Positions 27,228-35,455 of a stretch of DNA of 55,454 bases are shown piece after piece. The first letter of the stretch is position 1. Each line of letters begins with the position of its first letter. The notes below the pieces were generated by a model. It did no database searches. It was not told the origin of the DNA and worked only from the letters and a program-made list of their open reading frames with translations. The translations under genes and the position numbers were made by a program. Source of the DNA: an uncultured Clostridia bacterium (lineage in GTDB: Bacteria; Bacillota; Clostridia; Christensenellales; UBA1242); the NCBI GenBank assembly GCA_944332395.1, contig CALVJV010000003.1, positions 1 to 55,454 of the forward strand, in the 5' to 3' direction.

Positions 27228-30200
27228 TTAATCTATATCCCCCGAAATTTCTCTATATTGATCCATTGTAATATAAACATTACGCTTTTTACTACCATTT
27301 TGAGGTGAAATATATCCCTTAACTTCCATTTGATCCACCAGCCTAGCGGCTCTAGCAAAACCTACACCAAATCTTCTTTGAATCATAGTAGTAGAAGCCG
27401 TTCCGGTTTCAATAAATAATCTAAGTGCAGGATAAAAAAACTCATCAACCGAATCACTTCCACCAGAAGTTTGTATTGAGTCATTATTTTCTTCTGGTGC
27501 AGACATAATTTGTTTTTCAACTTCTTCATCAAAATAAGAAGAATTATGTTCTTTAAGAAAATTCACAATAGATTTAACCTCATCCAAGGTTGCAAAAGCA
27601 GCTTGCAATCGAATAGGCTGAGGAGCGCCCTGTGGAGAAAACAGCATATCACCCTTTCCAATAAGTTTCTCGGCTCCGCCCTCATCGAGAATAGTTTTTG
27701 AATCAATAACACTAGTAAGAGAAAATGCAACACGAGTAGGTAGATTAGCTTTTATAGTACCAGTAACAACCTGGACAGTAGGCCTTTGCGTAGCAATTAC
27801 TAAATGAATTCCACAGGCCCTTCCAAGTTGAGCTATTCTTTGAATATGACGTTCCACTTCTTTTTGACCAATCATCATCAAATCAGCTAACTCATCAATA
27901 ACTATAACAATATAAGGAATTTTTTGTTCTTGACCAGAAGCAACCTCTGGGCACTTGTTAAATGATTCAATATCGTTAACTAAATGTTGATTAAACATTC
28001 TATAACGTCTATCCATTTCTTTTGTTGCCCAAGAAAGAGCATTAATTGCCTTGTCACATTCCGTAACTACATTTGGTAACATCATATGAGGCATGCCATT
28101 ATAAACAATAAATTCAACACGTTTTGGGTCTATCATAATAAATCGAAGTTGATCAGGAGAAGACTTAAACATAAGAGAAAGTATCAAATTATGTAAAAAC
28201 ACACTTTTTCCACTACCTGTAGATCCAGCAACAAGAAGATGCACCATTTTTGCCATCGACCTAACAACATATTCCCCAGAAATATTTTTACCAATAGCAA
28301 CAGGCAATGCTCCTGATGCAGACTGAAACTCGCGGCTCATTACCATATCTCTCAAACCAACGGTACAAGGTGTATCATTAGGAATTTCAACACCAACAGC
28401 ATTTTTTCCAGGAATAGGCAATTCTAACCTAATCCCATTTTTACTCATTAGCGTCATGGCAATATTAGATTCATAATTGGAAATTTTTCTTACAGGTATG
28501 CCAGCAGGAATTTGTAATTCATAACGAGTAACAGATGGTCCTCTTACTACATTTGAAACTTTTGCATTAATTCTAAAACTTTCGAGAGTTTCTTCTAGTA
28601 TTCTACTTTTCTCTTTTGTGTCACCACCATATTTTGCTGGATCATCAGACAAAGTCGTCAACAATCTAGGATCCGGAGCTACGTATTTAGAATCAACTCT
28701 CTGACCACTTGCAGCATTAAAAGAAGGTTTTGGCGAATCAATTAAAGATTCTTTAATAGTGGGCTCTGTTTTCGCTAAAAATTGAGGTTTTGGAGCAACG
28801 ACAGAAGCATTAATTCCATATTTTTTTTGCTCGGTCAAAGAATCAATATTTTTATTCTCATCTTCAACTAAATCAGAAAGTTGAGGTCTAAAACCGGTTC
28901 TATCTGGAGATTTTCTTGGTGATAAATCTTTTCCTCGTACTCCAACTCTCCTTCTTTCAACAGAATTAATGCTATCAACATCATTTTCAAAATTAGATTT
29001 AAATCTAAAATCTGTCAAACTAGCATTAGATTCAGACTTTAAGTCATTAATATTAAAACGAGAATCATCAGGCTTATTCCTATTAATTGGGCTTGTTATA
29101 TCTCTACTAAAATTTATATTTCTCTTAATTTCGTTATCAAAGTTTTCAACCCTGTTTGTGTTAACGCTATTTATAATATCATTGAATTGTGTTTCGACAT
29201 TTTCATTTTTAAACTCAAGCTCAGGCTTGTGCATATCTGTTTGAGAAATATTAGATCTAAAAAAAGCATCAACAGGTTCATTTGAATCAATAATTTTATC
29301 CTTTTCACTACGTTCTTGCATAAGTTTCCTATTGCGCTCAAGAACCATTTCACGATTAATTTCTCTACGATTTAAAAAGTCTGGCAATATGGGTGTAGTA
29401 ATATATTCTCGTTTACTAGAAAATATATTTGGATCGTATTTAGAAGGATAAAGTTCTTCATCTGCAGGGGTAGCATTTTTTGTTGGTATATCTTCTTTTT
29501 TACCAAATAATAGATCTCTCGCAGATATTCCACCATTATTTATCGTTTCTTGTGTTTGCACTTTATTATTAATTTCATCACTACCATAAATAATATCACT
29601 ACCAATAGATTGGCTTGTATCAAAATTACTTTTGTTCTCAACACCAGTCAACCGGTTAGAAAAGTATTCGGCTCCTCTTTCATTTGATTGTAAAGAACTA
29701 TATCGAGCAAAATCTTCCTTTTCAAATTTTTTTGGCACTATTTTTTTTGCTCTAGTATCATAGTCATAAAACATGTTCGATAAATTTATATAAGAATTTG
29801 TACTTTGTTCATCAATTGTCCTAACATCTCTAAATCGACTTTGTTTGGGCGATTTTTTCTTTGCAAAGAATAAATAGTCAACACTCAAACCAACAAAAAT
29901 CACCAATAATATTGAAAAGAAAATACAGGTTCCAACAATGCCCATTAAACAAACCAAAGGGTAAATAATAATAGAAAAAATAACTCCCCCAATTGTAATT
30001 TTAGGCGTTGAATAGAAACAATTTGACAAATACGAACCAAACTCTTCAATTTTTGCATTTTTTAGTTCGGCAGAGCCAATAGCCGTATGCAATAAACAAA
30101 CTAAAAAAATGAAATTAAGTATCAAATACATAAAATATTTTTTTTGTAAGTAATATTTTGAAGATAAAAATATTCCAACACCAAACAGACCCAAAATAAG

Positions 30201-30377
30201 AAATAACGGATAAGACGAAACACCAAACACTCCCATAAAAAAATCAGAAAAAGCGCCAAGTGGAAAGCACAACAAAACAAACAGCAATCCAGACACAATA
30301 GAAAACGAAAGGCCAATAATTTCAGTCCTTCGTTTGTCCCTTCTTTGTTTAATTTTTCTATCTTTATATAACCCCAT
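27228..30377 (-). CDS. ftsK: DNA translocase FtsK/SpoIIIE
   Basis: N-terminal TM helices, a long low-complexity linker, a motor domain (LLVAGSTGSGKSVF, VIVIDELADLMM) and a gamma-domain-like winged helix (IQRRFGVGFARAARLVDQME). ATG 30377 (ggag SD) is preferred over TTG 30395. Confidence 0.93.
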   Translation of the reverse strand: MGLYKDRKIKQRRDKRRTEIIGLSFSIVSGLLFVLLCFPLGAFSDFFMGVFGVSSYPLFLILGLFGVGIFLSSKYYLQKKYFMYLILNFIFLVCLLHTAIGSAELKNAKIEEFGSYLSNCFYSTPKITIGGVIFSIIIYPLVCLMGIVGTCIFFSILLVIFVGLSVDYLFFAKKKSPKQSRFRDVRTIDEQSTNSYINLSNMFYDYDTRAKKIVPKKFEKEDFARYSSLQSNERGAEYFSNRLTGVENKSNFDTSQSIGSDIIYGSDEINNKVQTQETINNGGISARDLLFGKKEDIPTKNATPADEELYPSKYDPNIFSSKREYITTPILPDFLNRREINREMVLERNRKLMQERSEKDKIIDSNEPVDAFFRSNISQTDMHKPELEFKNENVETQFNDIINSVNTNRVENFDNEIKRNINFSRDITSPINRNKPDDSRFNINDLKSESNASLTDFRFKSNFENDVDSINSVERRRVGVRGKDLSPRKSPDRTGFRPQLSDLVEDENKNIDSLTEQKKYGINASVVAPKPQFLAKTEPTIKESLIDSPKPSFNAASGQRVDSKYVAPDPRLLTTLSDDPAKYGGDTKEKSRILEETLESFRINAKVSNVVRGPSVTRYELQIPAGIPVRKISNYESNIAMTLMSKNGIRLELPIPGKNAVGVEIPNDTPCTVGLRDMVMSREFQSASGALPVAIGKNISGEYVVRSMAKMVHLLVAGSTGSGKSVFLHNLILSLMFKSSPDQLRFIMIDPKRVEFIVYNGMPHMMLPNVVTECDKAINALSWATKEMDRRYRMFNQHLVNDIESFNKCPEVASGQEQKIPYIVIVIDELADLMMIGQKEVERHIQRIAQLGRACGIHLVIATQRPTVQVVTGTIKANLPTRVAFSLTSVIDSKTILDEGGAEKLIGKGDMLFSPQGAPQPIRLQAAFATLDEVKSIVNFLKEHNSSYFDEEVEKQIMSAPEENNDSIQTSGGSDSVDEFFYPALRLFIETGTASTTMIQRRFGVGFARAARLVDQMEVKGYISPQNGSKKRNVYITMDQYREISGDID

Positions 30378-30497
30378 CAAATCTCCATATTTCAACTAAA
30401 ACAATTTTTGACAGAACAAAAATATTTTAGCCACACACTTACAAAAATAGACTATCACTTTTTAAATAATAAAGCAAATAAAAAAGTAAAGATTAAT

Positions 30498-31754
30498 TTA
30501 TTTAAATAAATTTTCTAATCTTTTATTTAAAAGATCCACATCTACATTATCGCCAACAAAAGACAAAAAAGGCAAACAGTTTTTTAATGACAAAAAAACA
30601 GCATTACACTTAGATAAATTTATTTTTTGAATATTCTCAAGCTCATTATCAAGCTCAAACACTTTTCCATATTCGGCTAAATGCCTTGCAGAAATGCGTG
30701 TCAACATATTGGCGGAACTTCCTGAAAAGGCATAGTTTGTCAAATAACAATTTTTATTACTTGAAAATATATCAGCATCGATTTTCATTTTATTAAGCAC
30801 ATCAATCACCAAATCAAAACATTCAAAAAAGGATTCTTTGTCAAACACTAATGTGACAAAAAAAAGCCCGCTTTTAATAAATGTTCTTACGTTGCAGTCA
30901 ATATAATATGCAGATTTATTATTCAAAAAAGCAGATTTTAATTTTTCAGTAATTATATTCGCCAAAATTCTGTAATGATGCTTATTGTATTTCTCAAAAT
31001 CTTTTAAATAAAAGCCTAAGCAAACTCTGGACTGATTTAATTTTTTATTTACAATAGAAATTCTCTTATCAATTTTATCGGGTTTTATATTATTAACATT
31101 AAAGGATTTCCCATCAATAAGCAATAATTCATTATAAAAATTTTTGAATACTGATTCATACAAAGAATCAACATCAACATTTCCAGACACAGAAATAATT
31201 ATATTATCGGGCGAAAGCATAGATTTCCAAAATTCTATAATATCAGTTCTGGTAATTTTTAAAAGAACAGATTTTCGTCCCAAAATGTTATTATCTAGTC
31301 CAGAATTAGCAAAAGATACCGCTCTTAATTTATCATAACACAGTAAATTATGATTTTTAGATTGATTTTTAATCTCTTGGATTTGACTCTGAGCTAGGTC
31401 TTTTAGTTTGGATTCATCAAATAACGAATGAAAAACTATTTGACTCAAGAAATTAATCATGTCGTTAGCACTACTAGCTATTGTTTTAATTGAAATTTCT
31501 AAAGAATCAGGAAAAATATCACAAGAAAAAGATCCTCCCAATTTCTTTATATAAGAATTTAAATCTTCACAAGATTTATATTTTTCTGTGCCAAGAGTAA
31601 GCGCATTTTTTATTAAATATGTAAACCCCTCTTCCTTTTTCCTTTCTTGAGCCACACCTCCGCTAATATGGAATAATATAGATGTTGCCTGAGTTTCGGA
31701 TTTATTTATAATAAGTCTTAATCCATTGGGATAACTTCTAAAAATATGTTTCAT
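30498..31754 (-). CDS. M16-family (pitrilysin-like) protein lacking the HxxEH zinc motif, probably non-catalytic
   Basis: M16 N-terminal fold pattern (NGLRLI...). The zinc site reads GFTYLIKNALTLGT where GxxHxxEHxxFxGT is expected (H->Y, E->K, H->N). Confidence 0.6.
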   Translation of the reverse strand: MKHIFRSYPNGLRLIINKSETQATSILFHISGGVAQERKKEEGFTYLIKNALTLGTEKYKSCEDLNSYIKKLGGSFSCDIFPDSLEISIKTIASSANDMINFLSQIVFHSLFDESKLKDLAQSQIQEIKNQSKNHNLLCYDKLRAVSFANSGLDNNILGRKSVLLKITRTDIIEFWKSMLSPDNIIISVSGNVDVDSLYESVFKNFYNELLLIDGKSFNVNNIKPDKIDKRISIVNKKLNQSRVCLGFYLKDFEKYNKHHYRILANIITEKLKSAFLNNKSAYYIDCNVRTFIKSGLFFVTLVFDKESFFECFDLVIDVLNKMKIDADIFSSNKNCYLTNYAFSGSSANMLTRISARHLAEYGKVFELDNELENIQKINLSKCNAVFLSLKNCLPFLSFVGDNVDVDLLNKRLENLFK

Positions 31755-31847
31755 ACACCCACCCCAAATCTAAAATATTAAGAGTATAATAACACAAAAA
31801 TAAACTAAACACAAACAAATAATATTACATAAATCACACAATTAATA

Positions 31848-31872
31848 TGGTGCTATGATAGACATAGCACCA
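31848..31872. repeat. perfect 10-bp inverted repeat, 5-nt centre, flanked by direct AATTAATAT copies
   Basis: tggtgctatg (31848-31857), ataga, catagcacca (31863-31872). aattaatat occurs at 31840-31848 and at 31875-31883. Lies in the divergent region between the M16-like and xerS-like genes. Confidence 0.85.
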
Positions 31873-31910
31873 CAAATTAATATATAAAATACCAAAAATG
31901 GAAAAATAAG

Positions 31911-31939
31911 TTGCAAAAATCCGCAATAATAATTATTAT
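31911..31939 (+). promoter_or_regulatory. promoter of xerS-like gene (TTGCAA-17-TATTAT), 6 nt before the ATG
   Basis: ttgcaa at 31911-31916, a 17-nt spacer, tattat at 31934-31939. ATG at 31946. No SD. Confidence 0.5.
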
Positions 31940-31945
31940 TATTAT

Positions 31946-33004
31946 ATGAAAAAATTGAACTATTTTGATGAAAGAAGTCAGAAATGCACCTTAAAATTGC
32001 GTGAAATATTAAGAACTTCACTACCTGAATTTTGCGATGACTTTTTTATTGGAATTGAAAACCAAACATCACCACTAACCCGCTTAAATTACGCAAGAGA
32101 TTTAGTCATTTTTTTTGAGTGGCTCAAATCCTACACTTCAATTGTAAACGGAAAAGAAATAAAAGATTTAACAATAGATGACTTAAAAAAAATAACTTCA
32201 AATCATATAGATAGGTTTTTGAGTTACTTATCCACCTATGAACAAAATGGCAAAATATTAACAAATGGAGAACGTGGTAAATCAAGAAAACTTTCTACTA
32301 TTAGAACGTTCTTTAAATATTTTTTTAACAGAAATTATCTTGATGGCAACGTTGCCAGCAAAGTGGATATGCCAAAGATACACGAAAAAGGAATAATCAG
32401 GTTAGAAGTAGACGAAGTTGCGCGACTTCTCGATGAAGCAGAACTGGGAACAAATTTAACAAAAATGCAACAAGGATTTCATGAACACACAAAATTAAGA
32501 GATGTTGCAATTTTAACTCTATTACTTGGAACAGGAATTCGTGTATCAGAATGTGTAGGCCTTAATGTTAGCGACATAGATTTCTCAATCAATGCAATAA
32601 AAATAACGCGTAAAGGTGGAAACCAAGTTGTACTTTATTTTTCAGAAGAAATAGAACGCGCTTTAAAAGAATATTTGACAGAACGTCTTGAAAACAAAGT
32701 CGCAAATAAAAACAACGAAGAAGCTCTTTTTTTATCTCTACAAAACAAACGCATGACCCCAAGAGCAATACAAATATTGGTAAAAAAATATGCGCAAATT
32801 ATTACTCCCCTAAAAAAAATTACTCCACATAAGTTAAGAAGCACTTATGGTACGGCTTTATATCACGAGACCCAAGATATTTATATTGTTGCAGATGTGC
32901 TTGGCCATAAAGATATAAATACAACAAAAAAACATTATGCAGCCGTATCAGATGATATAAGACGAAGCGCTGCCGGAAAAGTAAAATTAAGAGATTATAA
33001 TTAA
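31946..33004 (+). CDS. tyrosine site-specific recombinase, XerS-like (long Xer type)
   Basis: Catalytic residues in context: GIRVSE (R), TRKGG, HKLRST (HxxR), LGHKDINTTKKHY (H...Y). 352 aa. Several blocks (RDVAILTLLLGTGIRVSE, ITRKGG, ALFLSL, TPHKLR) resemble streptococcal XerS as I recall it. Confidence 0.7.
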   Translation: MKKLNYFDERSQKCTLKLREILRTSLPEFCDDFFIGIENQTSPLTRLNYARDLVIFFEWLKSYTSIVNGKEIKDLTIDDLKKITSNHIDRFLSYLSTYEQNGKILTNGERGKSRKLSTIRTFFKYFFNRNYLDGNVASKVDMPKIHEKGIIRLEVDEVARLLDEAELGTNLTKMQQGFHEHTKLRDVAILTLLLGTGIRVSECVGLNVSDIDFSINAIKITRKGGNQVVLYFSEEIERALKEYLTERLENKVANKNNEEALFLSLQNKRMTPRAIQILVKKYAQIITPLKKITPHKLRSTYGTALYHETQDIYIVADVLGHKDINTTKKHYAAVSDDIRRSAAGKVKLRDYN

Positions 33005-33015
33005 AGGAGAAAATA

Positions 33016-33258
33016 ATGAAACCAAAAAAAGGTGAACCTTGTATTTTATATAATAGAAAATGCATTGAATGTAATGAGTGTGAAATGTGTGATCTCGATC
33101 CAACTAAAAAATGCAATAATTGTGGTGAATGCCTTGAATATCCTGAAACCGATGAAAAAGGATATGCCGTAATAAAAGCAAAAATTTCAAAAACAAACAA
33201 TATGTCGCTTGATGAATTATTAAAAGCTTATGGTCTAGATTCTATAGATGACGAATAA
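33016..33258 (+). CDS. small cysteine-rich protein (8 Cys in residues 9-39), unknown function
   Basis: Strong SD aaaggag 11 nt after the recombinase stop. Cys pattern C9, C16-x2-C19-x2-C22-x2-C25, C33-x2-C36-x2-C39. Acidic C-terminal tail. Confidence 0.6.
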   Translation: MKPKKGEPCILYNRKCIECNECEMCDLDPTKKCNNCGECLEYPETDEKGYAVIKAKISKTNNMSLDELLKAYGLDSIDDE

Positions 33259-33265
33259 AAGCATA

Positions 33266-33294
33266 TTGACTTTATAAAGAATAGATGTTATAAT
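33266..33294 (+). promoter_or_regulatory. consensus-like promoter (TTGACT-17-TGtTATAAT), 6 nt before the ATG of the 227-aa gene
   Basis: ttgact at 33266-33271, a 17-nt spacer ending in tgt, tataat at 33289-33294. ATG at 33301. No SD. Confidence 0.6.
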
Positions 33295-33300
33295 TTAAGT

Positions 33301-33984
33301 ATGGAATTTAACTATTCATACATAAAGAAATTAAAATTTTTAAAAAAATTTGCAACAACATCAAATGAAGCATTTAATGGCAGTCTAAAGTTATTATATC
33401 AAATTAATGAAAACGATTCAGATAAAAGCAATAATCTTCACAATAATAACAGAAAAAGTTATACATATGAAGGAGCTCAAACAAAAATGCAAAACTGGTT
33501 TAATTGCGCTGCCACTGCATTGTTTGGAGTAACACCTTATAGTAAAAACATAGACTTCTTTAGTCAAGAACTTGTATCACTATATTTATTAGATAGTAGT
33601 TTTAGCATATACGATACTGATGCTAAAAATTTCCCAATATTAATTAGAACATTATTAGAAAAATTAGCTTCAGAATGCGGACTAGAATTAACTAGACTAG
33701 AATATAATCGATATATGCCTTGTCCAACAAACAAAAACGAATGGAATATAGCTTTATATTGCGATTACAGTAATAAAGATTACCATTTTTTAAGACAATT
33801 ACCAGATGGAAGGTGGCTTTCAAAGATCGGCTGGACAAATACATACACAATAGAAAATTCTCTACCCAAAATTTTTAACGAATATGTCTTTTTAGACGTA
33901 TATTGTGTGACGCCAACAAAATCATCATCAAAATCAGAACAGTCCTCTATTAATATTGACGAAGGCCGTTCTGCAGAGTTATAA
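33301..33984 (+). CDS. hypothetical protein with papain-fold-like Cys/His motifs
   Basis: QNWFNCAATALFGV (Gln-x4-Cys) and DYHFLRQLPDGRWLSKIGW (His-aromatic) resemble the catalytic blocks of C39-like / papain-fold hydrolases. No family assignment is possible by eye. Confidence 0.45.
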   Translation: MEFNYSYIKKLKFLKKFATTSNEAFNGSLKLLYQINENDSDKSNNLHNNNRKSYTYEGAQTKMQNWFNCAATALFGVTPYSKNIDFFSQELVSLYLLDSSFSIYDTDAKNFPILIRTLLEKLASECGLELTRLEYNRYMPCPTNKNEWNIALYCDYSNKDYHFLRQLPDGRWLSKIGWTNTYTIENSLPKIFNEYVFLDVYCVTPTKSSSKSEQSSINIDEGRSAEL

Positions 33985-33989
33985 ATATT

Positions 33990-34001
33990 GAACAAATGTT
34001 T
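33990..34001. promoter_or_regulatory. LexA operator (Cheo-like box) in the lexA promoter
   Basis: GAACAAATGTTT (7 of 8 core positions of GAAC-N4-GTTC). It overlaps the -35 of the lexA promoter, consistent with autoregulation. Confidence 0.65.
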
Positions 34002-34028
34002 GACTAATTGTTTAAAATAGAATATAAT
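34000..34028 (+). promoter_or_regulatory. lexA promoter (TTGACT-17-TATAAT)
   Basis: ttgact at 34000-34005, a 17-nt spacer, tataat at 34023-34028. SD ggagag precedes ATG 34047. Confidence 0.65.
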
Positions 34029-34046
34029 CAAGATTGGAGAGAAAAA

Positions 34047-34646
34047 ATGAAATACAATCAAAAACGCGAACAGATCTATGATTATATTAAAAACTATCAA
34101 ACAACAAATGGATTCCCACCAACAATCAGGGAAATAGCAAAAGCTGTAAAAATTTCATCAACAGCAACAGTGGCATATAATGTGGACTGTTTGTGTAAAA
34201 GCGGACGAATAACAAAATCAAACAACAAAAACCGTTCGCTCGTAATTACAGAATTTTCAAAAGAAGAAGAAACAACATCAATACCACTTATAGGAAAAAT
34301 TGCGGCAGGAATTCCTATTACAGCAGTTGAATATATAGAAGACACATATGTATTGCCCAAAAATCTTTTTTATGGAGACAATCTATTTATGCTAACAGTC
34401 TCGGGCGATAGTATGATAAATGCAGGAATTTTTTCAGGAGATAAAATAATAGTAAGGCAACAAAACAATGCCGAACGTGGAGAAATCGTTGTCGCTTTAA
34501 TTGACGATGAAGCAACTGTTAAACGCTATTATCCAGAACGTGGTTATGTCCGATTACAACCAGAAAACCCAAATATGGAACCAATAATAGTTCCTTCTGT
34601 CAGAATATTAGGAAAAGTTATAGGTTCAATACGTAAATTTAATTAA
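34047..34646 (+). CDS. lexA: LexA repressor
   Basis: wHTH N-terminus (GFPPTIREIAKAV), cleavage region, S24 peptidase Ser (VSGDSMINAGI) and Lys (EATVKRY). ATG 34047 is preferred because ATG 34008 lies upstream of the -10. Confidence 0.93.
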   Translation: MKYNQKREQIYDYIKNYQTTNGFPPTIREIAKAVKISSTATVAYNVDCLCKSGRITKSNNKNRSLVITEFSKEEETTSIPLIGKIAAGIPITAVEYIEDTYVLPKNLFYGDNLFMLTVSGDSMINAGIFSGDKIIVRQQNNAERGEIVVALIDDEATVKRYYPERGYVRLQPENPNMEPIIVPSVRILGKVIGSIRKFN

Positions 34647-35401
34647 ATTCCATTATGATACACATTTTGAACATCATCTAGTTCTTCAAGCATATCAACC
34701 AATCGTTCAGTTTTAGCTCTTAAATCCTCATTCAGTTCAATCGAATTTGTTGGCAAATATTGTAAACCACTCTCAACAACATTTGCTGACAATTTTTTAT
34801 CTAACAAAAACTTCTCAAAATTAGTTAAAACCTTATGATAAGCATTAATTTCGCAAGTTAAAATGTACAAACCATCATCATATGCAATATCTTCAATTTC
34901 TGCATCTGAATTTTCCAAACTAAACTCAAGAGCCAACTCTAATGCCTGATCAATTGAGTCAAAAGATTTCTCATCAAAAACAATTACACCTTTTTGATTA
35001 AACATATACATGACGCTGCCTGATGTTCCCAAACTTCCACCGCATTTATCAAATGCGTGTCTAACATCACCAGCCGTCCTATTTTTATTATCAGTTAAAC
35101 ACTGAACAATAAAGGCAACTCCACCAGGGCCATATCCTTCATAAAGCATTTCAATATAATTAACATCAGACAACTCACCACTTGCTTTTTTGATAGACCT
35201 AGTAATGTTGTCATTAGGCATATTTGCCTGTTTTGCTTTTTGAACAATATCATATAGCTTTGAATTGGTATTAATATCAGCGCCACCCATTTTTACAGCA
35301 ACAGCAATTTCCCTACCAATTTTGGTAAATATTTTCCCTTTAATTGCATCCATCTTGGCTTTTGTATTTTTTATATTATTCCACTTACTATGTCCAGACA
35401 T
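34643..35401 (-). CDS. YebC/PmpR-family transcriptional regulator
   Basis: MSGHSKWNNIKNTKAKMDAIKGKIFTKIGREI is the canonical YebC N-terminus. 252 aa. Confidence 0.92.
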   Translation of the reverse strand: MSGHSKWNNIKNTKAKMDAIKGKIFTKIGREIAVAVKMGGADINTNSKLYDIVQKAKQANMPNDNITRSIKKASGELSDVNYIEMLYEGYGPGGVAFIVQCLTDNKNRTAGDVRHAFDKCGGSLGTSGSVMYMFNQKGVIVFDEKSFDSIDQALELALEFSLENSDAEIEDIAYDDGLYILTCEINAYHKVLTNFEKFLLDKKLSANVVESGLQYLPTNSIELNEDLRAKTERLVDMLEELDDVQNVYHNGI

Positions 35402-35455
35402 AAAAACTCCTTAACAAAATTCATAATACCACTATAAAAAAAATAAGTCTAACGA

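Noticed and set aside
30396-30497. Possible LexA box upstream of ftsK (GAACAAAAATATTT)
   Set aside because: Only one half-site (GAAC) matches and the second half, ATAT, does not resemble GTTC. Such half-matches are expected by chance in AT-rich DNA.
31921-31945. Short AT-only tandem run (aataataattattattattat) as a repeat element
   Set aside because: It is simple low-complexity AT sequence inside a promoter region, too short and irregular to call a tandem repeat or CRISPR-like array.
33016-33258. Cys-rich small protein as a SCIFF-type radical-SAM-modified peptide
   Set aside because: The motif differs from the SCIFF GGCGECQTSCQSACKTSC pattern as I recall it. No radical SAM/SPASM maturase is adjacent; the nearest radical SAM genes are the miaB and rimO housekeeping genes.
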